From Dicyema japonicum (taxonomy: Eukaryota; Animalia; Dicyemida), in the NCBI GenBank assembly GCA_011109175.1, contig RDEW01000010.1, positions 1,309,238-1,373,237 of the forward strand: 64,000 nt of DNA. The letters are read 5' to 3'. How positions within the stretch are numbered: position 1 is the first letter of the stretch; the number at the start of each line of letters is the position of its first letter. Shown here one piece after another: positions 49,990-61,673 of the stretch. Both the position numbers and the translations under genes were made by a program. The notes beneath the pieces are model-generated. The model searched no databases. It had not been told where the DNA came from and worked only from the letters and a program-made list of their open reading frames with translations.

Positions 49990-50620
49990 ATTCAGGCCTT
50001 AATTCTGATTTATTTCGTCTACTAGACAGGTTGCATTATCTTTGGTAGAATGCCTACTTGCAATAATAATATGTTGATTATTGTTCCACATTGTGGTCCC
50101 AGCATACGTATTGTTTTTATTTTTGTTCCACATTGTGGTCCCAGCATACGTATTGTTTTCCTTTGCAGTAAGTTTAGTTTTTGGATAGTGGCCTCTGATA
50201 ACGCGAGTCTCGACGCAGCATAGGCATATTTCACGGCCAGCGCGATTGTCTGGCGCTATATGATTTTGATTGCTTTATTCATATTCACTGGGGTCTTCTG
50301 GATGAGGTGATGACCTGTTTGGCATGGTAGGTAAAATTAAGCAGCCTGTTGTATGTCACTCCCAGGATTGAAAGGTTTCTTGTGACAGGTATCCGATTAT
50401 GTCCGATGAAGATTTCTGGTTCTTCTTTGAAGCCGATACCGAGAGACGGTTAGTTATCAATCAATCGTGGATACAATCCACTTTCTTCCGTGCGAGTTAG
50501 ACTGCTTCTGATGTCGAACTGCTTCTTGTTGCAATGATGATGTCGTCAGCATAAGAACGCAGTAGGAAGTTCTTGTCAATGTCTGCAGGCAGGTCCGGAG
50601 GAACTAAACCATTATGGCAA
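49990..50620 (-). mobile_element. LINE RT 3' relic containing a 42-bp tandem duplication (50081-50159)
   Basis: RSYADD, LSLGIGF and YAYAASRL; repeat ttgttccacattgtggtcccagcatacgtattgtttt occurs twice. Confidence 0.6.
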
Positions 50621-50691
50621 GGGGATAAGTGCTTATAATAATAATAATTTATATTAATAATTATTATAAAATAATAAAAGATAACCTATAA

Positions 50692-51465
50692 ATGACTTTA
50701 TTCTCATGTGGATGTGAATTATTAATTATTTTAATAAACCGTGCAATTCTATATCAAACGGTATATACTGATTTGAACACGAATCATTTGAATAACTATA
50801 AGAGTGTATGCCATCCTATAGAATCAAAATCCATTAGTTGGAATGTAAAAAATGAATCATTTTTATATGCGAATATAAATGTAAATTATAAAAAAGTCGT
50901 ATTTTACTTTGAATTATTAGATAATGAATTATATGTTGAATAATGAAAATGCAAAATTGAGTAGAATTTCATTAAAACATAAAATTGTCCTTGTTTTGTC
51001 ATCACAAGAGTGTAATGTGTATTTTACATTTTGTTTGTTGTCTGGTAGACAATATTACCTTGAAAAGATAGAACTATCTATTTGTAATTATAATTATTTA
51101 TTCGTAGATAATATTAATTATACGATTACTCTTAATAGACAATTGATTCATTATTTAAATGATTATACTTGTCAAATAATTTTTAAAAGGTTTTCTTTTG
51201 ATGTTTCCCTCAATATTTCTTGTTTAAAAACCATAATAATCTATGGTGAAGGAACCAATAAATTCCGTAACAGTTTTTATTTATTTTAGTGGGATTTTGT
51301 TCAAATTCGTCTCATAATATTGTCTCTCCAATTAAAAGTAAATCACATAATCGAACAGTGATAATCGTCAGTATTATTATAATATTTATTATAATCATGC
51401 CATTGTTTATTTCAAAAGAGAAGGGAAACCTAGAACTTAGTAGATCAATATTACTTAATTTTTAA
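50692..51465 (+). CDS. second LAMP-like protein, type I membrane; introns 50896-50920 and 51267-51289
   Basis: ungapped match N.Y.C......F.....LN[VI]..LK...........F to the 14.5-kb gene, a similarly placed phase-0 intron, then Cys, TM VIIVSIIIIFIIIMPLFI and a short tail. Confidence 0.6.
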
Positions 51466-51699
51466 TATTTATTTTAAATTTTTTCATGGTTTATTCTGCT
51501 GTCATCTTGTTATTAAAATTGGGTAAGTAATGTTAAAATAACCATAAACAGTAAACCCTCGCAAATCGCAAATCTTTAAATTGTCCATTTTTTTTAAATT
51601 TTCTAAAAATCCTATTCACTTATTAATTGGCCAGTATTTTTAATTTAGTTTTTAACACAAATTGGAAAAATAATAATTTTATTGGTACGTCTTTCAATG

Positions 51700-51960
51700 A
51701 TTCATGTCTTTTAGTTATACAAGGTCGACATCCTTTTCAACAGATGACAAATGATCGTGGGTGTGACACTTGATGTGCCTTTCTGTCTGACACCACACGT
51801 AGAAAACATCCTTTTGAAATGCGAGAATAAACTGAACATAGTGAAAAGTTTATTGGAAATATTGAGAAGTGGTTCTCACTCGATCCTGATGAACTTGTAC
51901 ACACAGTACATAAAGACATGTTTCTCATATGCATGCGTTTCGTTGGGACCTCCATATCTT
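51700..51960 (+). mobile_element. LINE RT fragment cut by the CRE insertion
   Basis: GVTLD..L.PHVENI..KCENKLNIVKSL...LYTQYI. Confidence 0.55.
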
Positions 51961-51974
51961 GGACAATTTAAATT

Positions 51975-54900
51975 TATTTATTAATTTAAACAATAGAAGT
52001 CAGGTACTTGCCGCCCTCACCGCGTGGCTGTTCCCTCTCAAAATTGCGAGCGAAATTCGCTCAAATAGCCAGCGGCGTTCGCGGAGATCTCCAGTGCATG
52101 AGGTGATCCGGTTTCCAAGACGTCCGAAAAACTCGAGTGTAGAGGGGGAGTAGGATCCGGAAGTCTCCATAGCAAGGGGAACAAATTTGACATCATCGGG
52201 AAGGTCGGCGTATTTAACGAGTTTGGCCTTCTCCGCCTTTACGGATGCTGAACAGGCCCTTGTAGCACTCTCGTGAAGATTTTTCTGGGCGAACGTGTCT
52301 GTACATGTCACATCCCAAACCAGTGGTTTCCCGGCCTCAAATGGAAATATGGTCATCCCGTCCGGTCGTTTCCCGTCACTTCTGCATAACCCGACCGGTT
52401 CAAGAATGGCCGAGTATCCAGCAGCATCCATAGCTCGCCTGACAATTTCATTCAGAGCCTTGTGCCTTGGGGATCTGCCAGCGCTCCTCCTGCAGGCGAG
52501 AGGGTGCAGGCCATAGCAGTCTATCAGGATGCCACATCGGCACGGGTGAGGTACACATACTTTTAGTCCCAGCCGCAGAGAGATACCAGTTCTAACGCAT
52601 TCATCATCCAGAAAAGTGCCCAAAGCTCCATTGGGATGGCGTTTAGCCAAGCTCCGCTCTCAGGGGAAGCCCCCGAAAGCAAACAAGCGCGTCGGTGCTG
52701 ATTGGCAGATTCTAGTAGGAGTCCAAATGATTTCCAGCATAATAAGTTGTCCAGGTTTCGCTGGCGATCTTGGGAAGGAGGCAGGGGGAGGTTGGTGGCA
52801 TTCCAGGCTTCTCGTGCGTGGATTATCTCTTGGTCAGTTGAGAATTCGGGTGGGGAGTGTAGAATCCTCCTGACCAAAGGTTCGCAGGCCGTGAGTGATG
52901 ATAAATGAGCGGGAAGTGAGACGTCCAAAGTTCGACGGATTCCAAGACCCCCGAATCTAACTGGGAGTGTAGCCTGCATCCATGTATCATCGTCGAATCG
53001 GACATTAAATATTTGCTCCGTCGAGCTGAGGAGAGACAAATCAAAATTCTCGAGCAGCTCCAGTTGAGAATAATATGGAGCTGTCCTTAGTAGATAGGAG
53101 ATTCTCTGGATGTTGAGACTTCTTTTCAATAGGAATAGTGCTGTGTGCAAGTCCAGCAGCTGTAATCTTTCCAGCGAATCGCATAGGAGTCGTTTTTTGT
53201 CAAGGAGGACATGCTTCATCGCATTACTAGTGATCGGGGATCCAAGAAAAATCAATTCATTTTCAGGGGTCGAAATCCCACCGGAAACAAGGAGTAAAAT
53301 TTTTGAACAATTGAAGAGAAGTCATCGTCAGCAAGACCACAGTTTGTTATTTCACATTTCGTTATATTCAACTGAAGACCCACCTCGGACAGCGCGGGGG
53401 TGAGTACTTCTAAGTCCTGGAAGACCGTTTCCGGGGGACCTCCTAAGACAGCGTCATCGAGGTACCAGATGTTGAGTGGGCATCTAGAGAGCTTCGTGAT
53501 CCTCTCAATGCCGAGGGAGAACAGCAGTGGTCCGAGGGGGTCGCCCTGTTGAACACCTGAGGACGATGGAACTATGAAATCCCCGTGCAATAGTGATGAA
53601 GGTTTTCCGTATGAATAATTGACCAGTTCAAATATGTACGGACATCTTTCCTTGCAGGCCTCCAGAATGCAGTCTCTTCTTAAGCTGTTAAAAGCGTTCT
53701 TGATGTCCAGTTTTACCATAATGTGCCTTTTAAAGTCTTGAATGCTGCTGTTCCTGAATCTTCTGACGGAGTGAACGGCTGCCTCACATCCAAGACGAAC
53801 TCCGACTCCAACTTGACTGGGAGGTAAGGATTTTGACAAGATTGACGTAGAAAATCTGGAAGCAATCTTGGCTGCTAGTCTTCTGAAAGTGAATCCGACC
53901 GCGATCGGGCGGATTCCACCTCCCTTCTTGTCGACGGCAATCAGACTAGCCGAAAACAGGATATGGCGTATCAAATCAGGCAAATGTCCAGATAATATCC
54001 TGTTCATAAGAGAAGTGAGTGAGTATGAAAGACGACTTGCTTGGTCTCCAATAGTCGGTGAAATAAGGTCTTTAAGATGGCCGGGCCTTAAGCCATCGAG
54101 ACCTCCACAGCTACTTGGTGCAAAGTTCCATAACGCCGTGATGACATCCTCAGGCGACGTGGTCAATGGGGGCGAGCAATGGCGTAGGTCATTCGGAGAG
54201 GGTGGATGTTTCCCCAATAGCGTCTTGTAAGTATCAATGGTTGGATTGCGTGGTCCATCTGAGAGTGAGAGGGCCTTCAATGCGGATCGGGTTCCTCCTT
54301 CAAGCAACTTCGATCGTACGGTCTTTCTTAGGCGAAGAATCTCCGTTTCCCGAGTTGAACTCCGAGTCTCAGTTGAACGGATGCAGAAGGACGTGAGGTC
54401 CGTAAAGTGAGTTCCATCCATAAATGCGCGGATGTTGTTCTTCATCTCAATCGAGAGAGACTCCTTCCCATTGCGATCTCTAGAGGAGCCAAGAGCGAAA
54501 GGAGCAAAATTAAACAAACGTATCCAGTCGTTTATAGAGTCGGAGCGGAGTGCATCGTCGATTGCTTTGGTTAAGGCTTCGGTAGCTAGGGGGCGGGCTG
54601 CTTTAGGGATCTTCACCGGGATACTCCTCGATGACCGGCGTTCATTGATAATTTTGAGCAGCGAATCTGGATCCAAATGGGAAAGGTCTGCCCCGGAGGT
54701 ACATGCACTCGCGTGACCATTAGGAAACCCCGAACCAATTCCAAGGCACGAGCGGCAGTGCCATACCCCAAGAGCACGGATAGAGGCCTGAGAGAGCTTC
54801 AAACACCCGAGGTGAAAGAAGACTCCACAGGCAGAACAAGAAATTCCAAACTTTCTCAAATTGCTCATGTTGCAGGCAGAGCAATTAGACGATGACTTTT

Positions 54901-55260
54901 CGAGTAACATTCCACTGAATCAACAATAGGCGAAAATCAAGAATAGGGGAATAATCTCAATAGGCGAAAATCAAGAATAGGAGAATAGTCTCAATAGGCG
55001 AAAATAGTCAATAAGAGTCAATCTTGGACAATTATGAGGAAAATCGAGGAAATGCAAAAGAGTGCTTTCAGAGTAACAGAGCGTCGGATTTGTGGAGATC
55101 ACCGAACCGGGCCGACACCCTCTGGAGGAGCCTATGAGACTAGACTCGAAATCACGGGTAGTTGGCCCTGAAAAATCAATCAGTCCTGTACATTCGTGCG
55201 CGAGCACGAAGGAAGAACACCGGGCAAAAATGAGATCGCTGTTAAAATGTATCGGAATCA
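51975..55260 (-). mobile_element. full-length CRE-clade non-LTR retrotransposon: PHD finger, RT, CCHC and RLE; single ORF 54910-52000 (about 970 aa) if two 1-nt deletions are restored
   Basis: C4HC3 PHD at the N-terminus; GGGIRPIAVG, KLDIKNAFN, GVQQGDPLGPLLF and WYLDD (RT); CRCG...H..C...RH and KRPDG...WDVT...ETSG (RLE). Confidence 0.92.
54924..55019 (-). repeat. 34-bp tandem repeat (2.8 copies) in the CRE 5' UTR
   Basis: caataggcgaaaatcaagaatagg(g/a)gaata(a/g)tct units start at 54924, 54958 and 54992. Confidence 0.9.
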
Positions 55261-55559
55261 CGTGATAATTATTTGGTTTTCAGTGGTCTTGGGTTGTTAA
55301 ATAAAAGAATGCTTCTCGTGGACGCTATAATCACCTTACTTTTAATGAAAAAAACTCAAATTAGAGAAGAAAGTGATGCTATTTTGTGGATTATCTATTG
55401 GAATGATGATACTCCTAATTTTAAATGACTTTAAATTCACAAAATATAATATTTCTTATGATTTAGAGTTATGTTACTAATCAGGTCAATTTTTGATGTG
55501 ATATATAAATTATCATAACTTCTCAACTCTATTAAGAACTAATGAAAATCGATAAACTA

Positions 55560-56000
55560 AAGGTTAGGGGAAGTGTCATGGAACTTATTTAACTCAATAA
55601 AATTCATAGTACCTGACATACTCGCATCTTCCATCTCAGTTAAGGGGTTGTCATAATGGCAGATATGATTAGATGGGATGCTGAATAAGTACGCGTCCCA
55701 CTCCGACCGTGGGAACTACATAAATCAGACATATCCGGGTTATTAAAAGGTTGAAGTGAAATGCTGACTAAAAAATCTGATCTCTCATGCCGAATGGTGA
55801 TATTGAAGTCCAGTAATAAGATTAGTTTATGTATGATTGTAGTTAATTGGTTCACCATGTTTTATAGCCTATAGTAATATCTATTATTTGTCAGATAGAA
55901 ATAAGGAAATGTCCAAGAATCATCTGTCTTAGGTTTTTAAAAATAAGACGGATCAAATCCATATAGAATCTTCAAAAAGGGTACAAATTATCCAACATTG
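55560..56000 (-). mobile_element. degenerate LINE RT relic
   Basis: decayed GVPQG..G.VLF-like motif. Confidence 0.35.
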
Positions 56001-56236
56001 CTATTTGAGTATAGTTTAATGGAATTTAATACATATGGAATTATTTATAAGTTTTATAAATTACTAAAATCAATATAATGACTTCTTCGATTTCCTTTAC
56101 TTCTTAGCTGAAGACGCCATTCTAAATGGGGTCAGTTTGCGCACTGCTTTATAAAAATACAATTTATTAAAAAACAGCCCACCCGATAAGTAATAGGTAA
56201 TATTTTCATTATTTAAACCTCACCTTAGGCAGAGCT

Positions 56237-58133
56237 GGTTGAGCTGGTGATGTGGCTCTATTGCACACATGTCTTTTTCGTGCTTTTCTTCGGATCTTTA
56301 ACTGTTAGCTTGTTCAATGTAAGACGATTAAAATCGGATACTAAAAGAAGAAATTTATGCGTGGATCTAGGATCGTACAAGGTAACCGTGGCGTGCTGGA
56401 GTAAAACCGAAGCATTTCAACGGACACTATAACCACGAGATTGAAGAACTATCCAAATTGCAGAGGAACCTACGTTTACAGGTCGAAACCTGTCAAAACC
56501 AGGCAAATGAACACACTCGAAGAGTCATGCGGAACCAAACCCTGTATAAAATAAAGATAAGAACGAGGGAAATAAAGGAAAATAAACTTGTTGGAATTTT
56601 AAAGAAATAGAAAGGCTCAAAAACGGAGCGCAGATGTTCAAGGCTGTTCACCTACTACATAAAAACACGCAGTCATCAAAAATCACAATACATGATCAGT
56701 TTGGAAAGTACAAAAATGAAATTTTATCGTCCATATCCAGGCACTATCAGCAGGCCTTCAATCAAAACCACGGGGAAAACATCAAACAATTCGATGGTGA
56801 AGCACGAGAACTGAATATTCCGATAACGATTCTGGAAACAAAAAAAGCCCTGGATAAACAGAACAACAATAGAGCTGCTGGCCCTGACAACATAAATGCA
56901 GAACTTCTCAAATATGACCGAGATTTCTGAGCTATTAACTGAAATAAACAACAAAACATTCAAATACAACTCACCACTGGTAATAAATTGCACTACAAAA
57001 ACCGGGCAAAGCTAAAGGCCCCTTAACGAATTTAAGACCCATCGTACTATTGACGACTCTACGCAAGACACTATCACTTATAGTGCTGAACAGGATTAGA
57101 CCTGACATCGATAACTTTCTCTTTCACAATCAAAGCGGATTCAGGTCAAAGAAATCTACAGCTGATGTGGTCTGGAGACATTTGAGACAACGTTCAGAGT
57201 ACCGCTTGTCACCGGTACTTTTTGTGACATATCTGGAGGCAGCACTCAGAGACTTCAGACTATTAATTGGCGATTTACCCTCAAACTGAAGTGATTTATG
57301 CAGATGATATCGACTATATATCCAGGGACGAGAAAACATTAAACTATATACGGACAAGGATGCCAGATGTCCTAGAAAAATGGTTCATCAAAATCAATAC
57401 GGAAGAGACGGAGACAACAACCATACGCCGTGAATTAACCCGAACTGATAAAAATGGAGATACTTTAAAAAATTGGGGTCGTTGCTCGGAGGTGCTGAGG
57501 ATATCACTAACAGGAAGATGTTGGCCGTCGCGGCCTTTAGAAAAATAGGAGTAGTCTGGAATCATCGTAAACAAATTAGCACACAATTACGTGTAAGACT
57601 ATACAATGCCTTCGTGAAACCAGTTATAATGTACAACGCTGCAACCTGGGGAGTCTCAGAAGCGGTAATGGATAAACTAGATGCATTCCATCGTAAACAA
57701 CTCCGACTGTTGCTTGGCATCAACTGGCCGAAAAAAATCAAAAACAAGAATCTATAAAAAGTATGTAATACAAGACCATTGAATCTGGATATCCTTGAAT
57801 CAAGATGGCGTCTGTTTGGTCACATCCTTCGAATGAGCCAGATGACGCCTGCTTAAATAAAGAACTATTTCTGCCCAAAAGTGAATACCTCGTTCCGTGG
57901 AAGACCTCGCATAACTTTGCACAAGGATCTGACCAATGTAAGACGAAAGCTGAAAACAGGAGATGATCTGGATACGCTCAGAATAATTACCAGTAACCGT
58001 GGAGCATGAGGAAGTTAGCTAAGAGAATTGTGGGAGAAAGAATAACCTGAAGAAAAATACGGCACAAGCGGAACCTTAATTAAATAAATTACATTTTTGG
58101 TTCTTCGAAAGTGCTATTAATAATAATAATTAT
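56237..58133 (+). mobile_element. RTE-like LINE, full span but internally deleted, with 8-bp TSD
   Basis: LFNVRRL (APE start), AAGPDNINAELLK, YADDI and RVRLYNAFVKPVIMYNAATW; (TAA)n tail; TSD gcagagct at 56229-56236 and 58134-58141. Confidence 0.85.
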
Positions 58134-58141
58134 GCAGAGCT

Positions 58142-59000
58142 CGACTTTACTTTAAGAAGTAAGAACAGTGATGTTAATTAATCCAAGGAATATCCAAGAC
58201 ATTGAAAGTGTTATTGATTTGTCGTTATTTTCTTTTTGTTTGTGTGCGAGATCCAAGAATCCAGTTACAGTGTTTAGACACTTATGGACTCACATGCCTG
58301 CTATAGATCATATACGTCTTCTAATGCCATTTTAACATGTTTTAGATATATGTTCATTATTGTTAACTAAATTGTTCGTGGCTTCCTTCTAAAAGCCCTT
58401 GAGCAGAGGAAGTATGATTTTATAGTATCGTAAGCGGGAACGGCATGATTCATCTGTAATTAGTGCCCAAATAATCCCTATTGGGTCTGTGTAATAATTG
58501 TATCCAAGTGCTCCTATTTGCAAGCTGTGTATAAGTCTTAGTTATTGATCATTGTAGTGTATCCTAGTAGATTCCTTAGTTGTTTTCTGTGAACAGCATT
58601 CAAGTTATCAACACATGAATGAGTTAGTCCCCATTCTATTATGAAATCATCATTGGAAGTTATAATTGACTTGTACTCATGATTAATCAATTTATATTGG
58701 TTAATCAAATCAATAAAGCATAAAAATAAACGGTTGCATCCCTAGTCTCAAATAGTACATCTAATTGCCTGTATGATTAGATCAAGTCATTGAATACTTA
58801 TTGTGATTATATTAAAAGTTCTTTTACTATAAGCCCAAATGGTATTATTGTTGGAAATTGAAAAGATGTTGTCCTTGGATATTAAATTGGACGTGTGGAT
58901 TGGTGTTATTTGTTCTCTTTACTTAAATTATATGGAGAACTAAGGAAAATAACTACGACCAACAAATAACTACGTCACTGACCTCTTAAAGAAATATCTG
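58142..59000 (-). mobile_element. older RTE-like LINE whose 3' UTR resembles the SINE tail; it continues at 56228-56165 on the other side of the younger insertion
   Basis: LNAVHRKQLRNLLG, GLFGH and GFRRKPRT; 3' region aligns with SINE 35670-35850. Confidence 0.65.
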
Positions 59001-60413
59001 GAACGATTTACATGGATAGTTTATAATAAAGACAGTAATGACTCCAAATCATATTGGAATGAAGATTACTTAAAAAATTATTCCACTCTAAGATGAGACA
59101 TTATGTGACATTCTAGATTGTTATAAGGCCCTACCGAAACAGCTTTGGCGTGCAAGTACACTGATTTGTCTGTATGATTAAGTTTAAGCTTTCCTGTGTG
59201 CAATAAAATCGATTGTAAAGCATTAACTTAATATATTTAAACATATTTCTTTATAAAAGGCTGCTAGATCTGCCCTGAACCCGCTTAATTTCAAAATTTT
59301 TTATGGATGAATACTCACAGTTAAAATACGATGATACATAATTGCTTTCTTATGCTGACAATGTTCTCGCCTAGAAATTGGAGTTTTCTGAAAAAACTTT
59401 GGATAAATGAACTGCGTAATGTTGAATGAGAGTTCTAATTATCGATCGAGAAACGCTATTCGTATTTCCAATCTCAAAAATTCCATTCGGATTTTAACCT
59501 ACACGAGGTAAAGTCTGCACATTTTCTTATTTCAAAGTAACAAATCAATGTAATGCAATCAAATCCACCTAATTAAGGAAAGAAACACTAATTTAGATTA
59601 ATTCATTAAATAGTCAATAAAACTAGAATTATGGTGATTTAATATTAAGGTATTTGCAGAGGCGATTCCATCTTAACTCCAAATTAGCCAAGGCCAGAGA
59701 CTCCAAATATTTTAAATGTCATATTTCTTGACATTTTAAGGCTTTTGATAGTTTAAACTACGAATCTATGTATGCTGGTTGAAGACGATCATTGAATCGT
59801 TCCTCAGTGGAATGGTACTTTGTTAAAAACAAGAAGTCGATCGGAGAGGTAGTAAAGAAAAGGATGAGGGAACATAAAAAGAAATGGGATCCTTTATTTT
59901 TACATAACAGTCAAAATGAAATATGAGGATGAGGAATGAGTTCGCAGGACTTGTGCTGCAAGAAGCGTCAACAAAAATACCCTTTTAAAATCTTGAGAGT
60001 TAATCCCTAATCATATATTAGAACTGACATGTGTCCCCTCATGAAAGAGAAAAAGTGGTCATTTTGATGAGAGAGAAAGTTTACAATAAACTCTTCTAAG
60101 ACTAATTCATAAGTAGTAGTAACATAAGGTTAATTTAATTAACCAACAAACTATAAACAAAACAGCACTTCATAACAATTGGACTCCCATGGAGATAATT
60201 CAATATTGTTTAAATTATGAGAGAGTATCGATTTAAAGTCATATGGCTGCCACTCAAATTAAAATTCAAGCAAATAATTATATAATAAAATTAATAATTT
60301 AAAAATAAAATATTTTTATTTAAAAATATTAATTATTTAATCTAATTAAAAATTCAAATATAAATAAAATATAATAAATTTAAATAATTTATACGTATAT
60401 TGTTACTACATAA

Positions 60414-61673
60414 ATGAATTACCTTGTGAAAGAAGACATGTTCAATAATTACGACCCGTTTGACTGTAATGACCTATTCTCTGAATATAACCCATTTCAC
60501 GAGGGATATTCTGGTAAATTAAATTGTCATTCTCAGACGATTCTAATGAATTGTTTAAAAATAATTTAAAATTCGATTTTCCTGAGACATCTGCCGACAA
60601 TGGTCTTCTATACGACTTCCCTCCTCTCAGAACAAATGAGGACCCCAAAGACGACTTCCCACCTCTCAGACTAACCGAGGACCCCCAAGATTACTTCTCT
60701 CAACTCAAGACAACCGAGGACTCTGGCTTTTCTAAACTGAAAACACGTGTGAACTCTAGGGACTATAACTTTCCAATCAGAGCCACGAATGGTTCAAAGG
60801 GGAAGAACGTCTCTCATAGCAGGACAAGTGAGGACTCTAAGAATTACTTTCAACTAACAGAGGAACAGCAGGATATTTTCAATTCAATGAAACTCCCAAA
60901 TTCTGACCTACTTTTGCCTATAAGCAAGAAAACCGAGAAAATGATAGCCCAGATTAACCGAAGAATAAGAAACCGAGTTTAAATAGGCATAATTGGTAGA
61001 AATCAGCCAAACGAAGTAGGGACACTCGTAAACAGAAGCATTTGTCATTGGAAATGAGGGTGCAGGAACTTGTGAGGGAATGTGACTCTCTGAAGGATTT
61101 GGTGGACTACGAAAGGGACAAGAAAATAGAAGTTGAACTGGAAAATGATTTACTGAGGAAACAAGGAGATTATATTTTGACGAAGCTGAGACACGCCAAC
61201 GAGGACAAACAGTCATGAGTTTGGTTATTTGTAGGGATTTGTTGAGAAATATTGATGACTCCAAGAAAAGGAATTATTTCCCAACCGTTGGAAGGGTCCC
61301 TTACATGATATTCATTATTTTTGTGTCCTTCTATTTGATAAAGAGTTGGTCATTCACTGGAGTTCCCCAGTTGCTGACGTCTGATGGGCTTCCTTTGGGG
61401 AGTGACGAAGGTTCGGATGTAAAGTTCGACATTTCCGAGTCTTTTGGAAAGACATTCAATGAGAGTTTGTTGAAGGAACACAACTATGGGATATATTCCT
61501 TCTCCAAACGAGACACCACGTGTGACTATTCTACCAAAATCAGGGATTCTGTTGAGAATTACGATACTGGGAGTTTTGGGTTTACTGAAAGTGATGACAG
61601 TTCTCCCAAAAGACTGGCCTTTGATAATTATTATGGACAGTCAGATTTTTTATATTCTCCACTAAAGTCGTAA
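60414..61673 (+). CDS. membrane-tethered bZIP transcription factor, CREB3/OASIS/ATF6-like; introns 60514-60536, 60977-60999 and 61212-61234 (all 23 nt)
   Basis: spliced basic region RRIRNRKSAKRSRDTRKQK, zipper LEMRVQEL..ECDSL, then TM YMIFIIFVSFYLI and a lumenal tail. Confidence 0.8.
60614..60870 (+). repeat. about 39-bp (13-aa) degenerate coding tandem repeat in the bZIP N-terminus
   Basis: DFPPLRTNEDPKD / DFPPLRLTEDPQD / YFSQLKTTEDSG and further diverged units. Confidence 0.85.

Noticed and set aside
55060-55175. HDV-like ribozyme fold in the CRE 5' UTR (P1, GG and P4 candidates)
   Set aside because: No convincing P2/P2' pairing or catalytic J4/2; L3 is too short
61212-61234. IRE1/XBP1-type unconventional 23-nt intron
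   Set aside because: Ordinary GT-AG ends, no CNGNNG stem-loops, and splicing adds rather than removes the TM
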